Shown here: piece after piece, positions 19,554-24,000 of the stretch | Layout of the letters: each line of letters begins with the position of its first letter | How positions within the stretch are numbered: the stretch's first letter is position 1 | Assembly (NCBI GenBank): GCA_026016245.1 | Contig: CP061211.1 | Location: forward strand, 270,679-294,678 | Origin: Candidatus Pacearchaeota archaeon | GTDB lineage: Archaea > Nanobdellota > Nanobdellia > Pacearchaeales > UBA284 | DNA: 24,000 nucleotides | Reading direction: 5' to 3' | Made by a program: the position numbers and the translations under genes | Notes under the pieces: generated by a model | Told to the model about the DNA's origin: nothing | Seen by the model: only the letters and a program-made list of their open reading frames with translations | The model's database searches: none

Positions 19554-20969
19554 ATGGCAAATAAGAATCCAAGGCTAAAAGAATTTAATGATTTATGTAG
19601 GAATGTAGCACAGTATTATGCTAAGAAAGATCTTTACAAATATTTAGATCTTTCCTTAGATTTAATTGGTTTTAAAGATAAAAAAAAGCCAGAACTTCTT
19701 GAACAGCTTCTTAAGGATAAAGAGATTAAAAAAGAAGCAAAAATCTGGGGGACAGTTCATGAAGCATATGAATTAGGCTGTGATATTTTTGAAATTGAGG
19801 TAAAAGAATACAAGGAATCAAAAGAAGAAAAAGTAATAGAAAAAGAGATTCCTAAACCAAAAATTTCAGTTCCTGCTCTTGTTAAGACAAAATCCTTAAT
19901 ACCAGCAGTTCTAAGATCAGTAATAAAAAAACCAAAGCCAATAATATATGCTAAAAAACCTAAGCAACCTAAACCAAAACCTATTGTTGAAAAAGTAGAG
20001 CTGAAAAAAGAATACATAAAGCCTGAGCCTATAAAAGCAGAACCAATAAAAGAAAGAAAAAAGACTAAGGTAAATCCTTGGAATATTGGCATTCCTATTG
20101 GTATTGCTGCCACATCTTGCCTTATGGCATTCTTGTATTTAAGCAGCCAGATAAAAAATATAGAAGCTAATATTTATAATAAGAAACTTGAGTGTTTAGA
20201 TACAATAACTTCTCAGTTAGATAATTTTAATATAGGCAGATCAGTATATCATGAATTAACTCATGATTCCTTAATTGAAGGAGAAAGTAAGGTTTCTTTA
20301 GCAAAACTTGTGAGTTATGATAAAGGAGATGAAAATATAAAAGAGAAACTTGAATCAATTCAGCTAAATCTTGATCCTGGAAATCCTCTTGGTGAAGATG
20401 GATATATAATAACAAGTGGATATTTTGCTGTAAGGCACACTGGAGGTCCTGGCAGCACTAAAACAAGACTTCATAATGCTCTTGATATGGTCGCAAAAAA
20501 AGGAAAAGTAAAACATGAACTTTATCATATAGGTTGTGGGGGTAATGTAACAAGAGCAGGATATAATAGAAATTTATGGCAATATGGGAATCTAGTAGAA
20601 GTGTTAACTGATGATGGATATTATATGAGGTTTGGCCATCTTTCAAAAATTTCAGTAAAAGTTGGGGAAAGAGTAGAGGTTGGAGAGCTTATAGGTTTTA
20701 TGGGAAATACAGGAAGATGTTCAATAAGCGAGAAAACAGGAAAAAAAGCAATACATCTACATCTAGAAACTTTCTACAGAGGAAAAAGTGGTGAAAAAAT
20801 ATTATTCAATCCAATAAAATTTCTCAGAAAGGGTCATTTTGGGAAAGCTAAGAATGGGATTAATAAAGTGAAACAATTTATCACACAATCTTTTCCATCT
20901 CCTCCAAGCCAAGAAAAATCTTCTTATGATGCTGATTTTATCATGTTCCGAGAAATAGAATATGATTAG
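19554..20969 (+). CDS. Membrane-anchored M23 (LytM/lysostaphin-type) metallopeptidase
   Basis: 471-aa ORF. The N-terminal ~175 aa are soluble, with a Lys/Pro-rich stretch (KKPKPIIYAKKPKQPKPKPIVEK). A single TM helix follows (NIGIPIGIAATSCLMAFLYL). The C-terminal M23 domain reads SGYFAVRHTGGPGSTKTRLHNALDM (HxxxD: H307, D311), YGNLVEVLTDDGYYMRFGHLS, VGELIGFMGNTG and AIHLHLE (HxH: H401, H403). Confidence 0.85.
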   Translation: MANKNPRLKEFNDLCRNVAQYYAKKDLYKYLDLSLDLIGFKDKKKPELLEQLLKDKEIKKEAKIWGTVHEAYELGCDIFEIEVKEYKESKEEKVIEKEIPKPKISVPALVKTKSLIPAVLRSVIKKPKPIIYAKKPKQPKPKPIVEKVELKKEYIKPEPIKAEPIKERKKTKVNPWNIGIPIGIAATSCLMAFLYLSSQIKNIEANIYNKKLECLDTITSQLDNFNIGRSVYHELTHDSLIEGESKVSLAKLVSYDKGDENIKEKLESIQLNLDPGNPLGEDGYIITSGYFAVRHTGGPGSTKTRLHNALDMVAKKGKVKHELYHIGCGGNVTRAGYNRNLWQYGNLVEVLTDDGYYMRFGHLSKISVKVGERVEVGELIGFMGNTGRCSISEKTGKKAIHLHLETFYRGKSGEKILFNPIKFLRKGHFGKAKNGINKVKQFITQSFPSPPSQEKSSYDADFIMFREIEYD

Positions 20970-21013
20970 AATTCTTCAAGAAGTTTTTTAAATTAAATTA
21001 TCTTATTCTTATC

Positions 21014-21703
21014 ATGACTAAAAAAATAAAGAAGAAAAAAACAAAGACAAGGAAAAAGAAATTAAAAAAAGGGGAAGAGAAAAAAGAAAAACATTTCAAG
21101 ATTCTAGCTATTGGTGATTTACATGGAGATAGTAGACAAGCTTCAAAATTAGCAAAAAAAGCAAAAAAGCAAAAAGTTGATCTTATCATTCTTTCTGGGG
21201 ATCTTACATTTGCTGAATCTAGTATTGATTATCTCGTAGGGCCTTTTGCAAAAAGAAAACTTGATGTTTTAATAATTCCTGGAAATCATGAAACTCTTGC
21301 AACAGCAAATTTTTTAGAAAAAATTTATAGCCCTCAAGTAAAGAATATCCATGGAAAAGGTCTTAAAAAAGAAGATATAGGAATTTTTGGTGCTGGAGGC
21401 GCAAACATAGGACTTTTTCAGTTAAGTGAGAAGGAAATTTATGATACATTACAAAGAGGATTCAAAAAAGTTAAAAATGTAAAAAAGAAAATAATGATTA
21501 CTCATGTTCATCCTTCAAAAACTTTAATGGCGAAACTTTCTCACTTTGTTCCAGGATCTGAGGGAGTAAGAAAAGCCATCCTAAAATTTAAACCTGACTT
21601 GGCCATCTGTAGCCATGTTCATGAAGCTGAAGGTATTGAAGAGAAAATTGGAAAAACAAAAGTAATAAATGTCGGAAGAAAAGGCAAGATAATTGTGGTT
21701 TAG
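21014..21703 (+). CDS. Calcineurin-like metallophosphoesterase with a Lys-rich N-terminal extension
   Basis: 229-aa ORF. Motifs present are ILAIGDLHGD, ILSGDLT, IIPGNHE, MITHVHP and ICSHVHE. The N-terminal 28 aa are almost entirely Lys. Confidence 0.8.
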   Translation: MTKKIKKKKTKTRKKKLKKGEEKKEKHFKILAIGDLHGDSRQASKLAKKAKKQKVDLIILSGDLTFAESSIDYLVGPFAKRKLDVLIIPGNHETLATANFLEKIYSPQVKNIHGKGLKKEDIGIFGAGGANIGLFQLSEKEIYDTLQRGFKKVKNVKKKIMITHVHPSKTLMAKLSHFVPGSEGVRKAILKFKPDLAICSHVHEAEGIEEKIGKTKVINVGRKGKIIVV

Positions 21704-21704
21704 A

Positions 21705-22145
21705 ATGAGAAAGAAAAGAATACCAAAACAATTAGGAATAGTAAGAGCAGTAATAGCATCTGGTCCAGTAATTCTAAAAAACAAAAAGATATTAGTTGTG
21801 TTGGATGATAAAGATCCTTTTTTAAAATTCCCTGGTGGAAGAATTCATTACAAAGAAGATTTGAAAAAAACTTGTTTGAGAAGAACCAAAGAGGAAATTG
21901 GAGTCAATATTGAGATTATTAGGCCATTAGATCCAATGCTTTTATGGAAAAAACCACACACAGGAGAAAAAATTCCTGTTGTTCTTATACATTGGCTTTC
22001 AAAACTTAAACCAAAACAGATTCCAAGAAAAGGTAAGCTTCCTCGAAAAATCTTTTGGATTGATTCTAAATATAAAGGTCATAAGTTAGCACCAAATGTT
22101 CAATATTTTCTAAAAAACCTGAAAAAAGAGAAGAAAATTAACTGA
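21705..22145 (+). CDS. Nudix-family hydrolase (divergent Nudix box)
   Basis: GGRIHYKEDLKKTCLRRTKEEIGV fits Gx5Ex7R(E->R)UxEExGU. Start set at ATG 21705 (MRKKRIPK), just after the upstream stop. The track's 21693 start is equally possible. The 3' end overlaps the convergent Elp3 gene by 8 nt. Confidence 0.6.
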   Translation: MRKKRIPKQLGIVRAVIASGPVILKNKKILVVLDDKDPFLKFPGGRIHYKEDLKKTCLRRTKEEIGVNIEIIRPLDPMLLWKKPHTGEKIPVVLIHWLSKLKPKQIPRKGKLPRKIFWIDSKYKGHKLAPNVQYFLKNLKKEKKIN

Positions 22146-23490
22146 GATATTTAACCATATAATGTCCTTCTAATTTATAACCAAGCTTTCTGTAATATTC
22201 ACGAACACCTACCCCACTAATAATAAAAATTTTCTTGTAGCTATATTCAGAAGCAATTTTTTCAGCTTCATCCATCAACCACTTTCCTAAACCGGTGTGT
22301 TGAGCTTTTCCTCTTGCTCTTTTACCAATTTTAAGAGCAGGGCCATAAACATGAAGCTCTCTAACAAGCAATATTTCTGATTTATCGGGAATTCTCAATC
22401 TAATGAGGCCAAAAATAATATCATCTTTATTTATTATTTCAATAAAAAGTTCTTTTCCTTTAGACGCCTTATATTCTATCTTATTTAATTTAAGATCTTT
22501 TTTAATTTCTTTTTTCTTAAGTAAAGCAAAACCTATTTCTCTACATCTAATACAATTACATTTCAAACCTAGAACTTCCATTTTGTCATGGATAACTTTT
22601 CTAAGATCAATTCTTATTGTTCCTGCAACAAGAAAATCAGGAGGAATTTCTCTCATCACTCTCATAATTCTACAATATCTTGGAACAATTTGTTTGAATT
22701 CTATAATTAATTTGATTAATTGTTCTTTTGTGTAAGGTTTATATTTTCCTCTCTCATATAATCTTTCAAGCTCTGCTCCTTTGATAACTTGTGTTGGATA
22801 AATTTTTAATTGGTCAGGTTTAAAATCAGAATTTAAGAATAATTCTCTAAACATTCTGATATCTTTTTTAAAATTACTTCCAGGCAAACCAGGCATTATA
22901 TGATAACCAATTTTAAAGCCAGCATTTTTCAGTCTGCGAGTTGCCTCAATTACATCTCTAACTGTATGGCCTCTGCAAACTTTCTTATAGATTTTATCAT
23001 CTGGAGCCTGAACACCAAGCTCAACTCTTGTACAGCCAAATTCTAACATTTTCTCTATATCTTTTTTAGAACAAAAATCTGGCCTTGTTTCTATGCACAA
23101 AGCAACGCACCTATGCTCTGCTTTCTCATTAAGCTTTTTTGCTTGCTCTAGTGTTTTACTTATTTTGCCATTAAAAGCATCATAACATGCTTTGATGAAA
23201 TTATATTGGTAGTTTTTAGGATAAGCAGGAAATGTTCCACCCATTATAATAAGTTCAATCTTGTCAGTAGGATGTTTCATTGCTTGAAATGCTTTTAATC
23301 TAGCAAGAGTCTGTTTGTGAGGATCATAATTTAACAACATAGCGCACATAATTGCTGGACTTTTGGGGGTATAAGATTGAGGAACAGCCAGAGTAGGACA
23401 GTAAAGACAGGTTCCGTGAGGGCATTTTCTAGGTTTAATAACTACTGCTAATGGTGTTACTCCAGATATTGTTTTTGTTGGTTTTCTCAC
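22138..23490 (-). CDS. elp3: Elp3-type radical SAM / GNAT tRNA wobble-uridine modification enzyme
   Basis: 450-aa ORF. The N-terminus KTISGVTPLAVVIKPRKCPHGTCLYCP matches the Elp3 FeS-cluster region. The radical SAM barrel includes IELIIMGGTF, CIETRPD and RVELGVQ. The C-terminal GNAT carries QHTGLGKWLM (the Elp3 QHxGxG acetyl-CoA motif). The first codon is GTG (23490-23488), and the ORF contains no upstream in-frame ATG. Confidence 0.9.
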   Translation of the reverse strand: MRKPTKTISGVTPLAVVIKPRKCPHGTCLYCPTLAVPQSYTPKSPAIMCAMLLNYDPHKQTLARLKAFQAMKHPTDKIELIIMGGTFPAYPKNYQYNFIKACYDAFNGKISKTLEQAKKLNEKAEHRCVALCIETRPDFCSKKDIEKMLEFGCTRVELGVQAPDDKIYKKVCRGHTVRDVIEATRRLKNAGFKIGYHIMPGLPGSNFKKDIRMFRELFLNSDFKPDQLKIYPTQVIKGAELERLYERGKYKPYTKEQLIKLIIEFKQIVPRYCRIMRVMREIPPDFLVAGTIRIDLRKVIHDKMEVLGLKCNCIRCREIGFALLKKKEIKKDLKLNKIEYKASKGKELFIEIINKDDIIFGLIRLRIPDKSEILLVRELHVYGPALKIGKRARGKAQHTGLGKWLMDEAEKIASEYSYKKIFIISGVGVREYYRKLGYKLEGHYMVKYLS

Positions 23491-23504
23491 AATAAGGGAA
23501 GAAA

Positions 23505-23519
23505 TTTAAATCTTAAAAA
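23505..23519. promoter_or_regulatory. Back-to-back TATA elements in the 42-nt divergent spacer between elp3 and the methyltransferase gene
   Basis: tttaaatc (23505-23512, plus strand) lies 20 nt before ATG 23533. tttttaag (minus-strand reading of 23519-23512) lies 21 nt before the GTG start at 23490. Confidence 0.5.
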
Positions 23520-23532
23520 GCTTCTTGATTAT

Positions 23533-24000
23533 ATGAAACAAAATCAGGAAAAAGTTTGGGATGCAATAGCAGAACAATGGTATCATTTTAGACAGAGACC
23601 TTTTAGAGATATTACTGCTGAGATTGACAAAATAACTAGTGAATTCAAGCCTGGCAAGATTCTTGATATTGGATGTGGTAATTGTCGTCACTTATTGCCT
23701 TTTTTTAAAAGAGGTTTTGATTGTTATGGAATTGATTTTAGTAGTGAGATGTTGAAATATGCAAAGGAATTTTCTAAAAAATATGATTTTAAAGTCAAAT
23801 TAAAGAAGGCAAAAGCAGAAAAACTGCCTTTCAAGAACAAGAGTTTTAATTATGTTTTAAGCGTAGCTGTATTACATCATTTAAAAAAGAAAGAACAAGA
23901 GAAAGCTATTAAAGAAATATATCGAATTCTAAAGCCAGGAGGAATAGCCCTTGTGTCTGTATGGAATAAATATCCTCTTCTGTCTTTATTTGTCAAAGAA
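23533..24000 (+). CDS. Class I SAM-dependent methyltransferase, N-terminal 156 codons (runs off the window end)
   Basis: Not in the ORF track because it is open at the window edge. Translation from ATG 23533 gives MKQNQEKVWDAIAEQWYHFRQRPF...GKILDIGCGNCRHLLPFF...CYGIDFSSEML...LPFKNKSFNYVLSVAVLHHL...IYRILKPGGIALVSVWN. Motif I is ILDIGCG, motif II is GIDFS, and the post-I and motif III pattern is typical of Methyltransf_11-type enzymes. Confidence 0.8.
   Translation, partial: MKQNQEKVWDAIAEQWYHFRQRPFRDITAEIDKITSEFKPGKILDIGCGNCRHLLPFFKRGFDCYGIDFSSEMLKYAKEFSKKYDFKVKLKKAKAEKLPFKNKSFNYVLSVAVLHHLKKKEQEKAIKEIYRILKPGGIALVSVWNKYPLLSLFVKE

Noticed and set aside
21014-21100. A-rich tandem-looking sequence (aaaaag / aagaaa runs) considered as a simple-sequence repeat or CRISPR-like array
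   Set aside because: There is no regular repeat-spacer periodicity. The runs are in frame and encode Lys/Glu-rich protein termini. No CRISPR repeats or cas genes occur anywhere in the window.

Overview
This is a very AT-rich, tightly packed archaeal chromosome segment. The archaeal assignment rests on RFC small and large subunits, a Sulfolobus-type single-OB SSB, Elp3, a bulge-helix-bulge intron tRNA, an archaeal-type SRP RNA, class III signal-peptide pilins, and TATA boxes at a fixed distance from start codons. The small proteins, Lys-rich termini, overlapping signals and very short spacers fit a reduced-genome, DPANN-like archaeon, but the phylum cannot be proven from this window.

Contents, left to right:
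- AMMECR1 (partial), tRNA-Glu(UUC), a GAF/HD-GYP phosphodiesterase, an intron-containing tRNA-Ile(UAU), and an MFS transporter.
- A YchF-type GTPase, a Nudix hydrolase, a GNAT, a minimal ligase-like nucleotidyltransferase and an AdoMetDC-like protein.
- A Zn-ribbon membrane protein, then the ssb-rfcL-rfcS replication operon.
- Three hypothetical proteins, one carrying an orphan secretion-ATPase N-domain.
- tRNA-Leu(UAA) and SRP RNA.
- A translationally coupled B12-binding radical SAM gene plus a cyclodipeptide-synthase-like gene, facing a divergent TrmB regulator across a perfect 16-bp palindrome.
- A five-gene archaeal type IV pilin-like operon.
- SerRS, a small membrane protein, a membrane-anchored M23 peptidase, a metallophosphoesterase, a second Nudix, Elp3 and a SAM methyltransferase (partial).

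No CRISPR array, transposase, integrase or rRNA was seen.

The best candidate for something new is the radical-SAM / CDPS-like / TrmB locus (12078-15033). Next come the orphan PilB/TadA-type N-domain gene pair (10348-11608), the ligase-like protein with substituted catalytic motifs (5315-6268), and the cysteine-stapled pilin paralog operon (15110-17672). All homology calls were made by eye against remembered family motifs and need HMM or structure confirmation.
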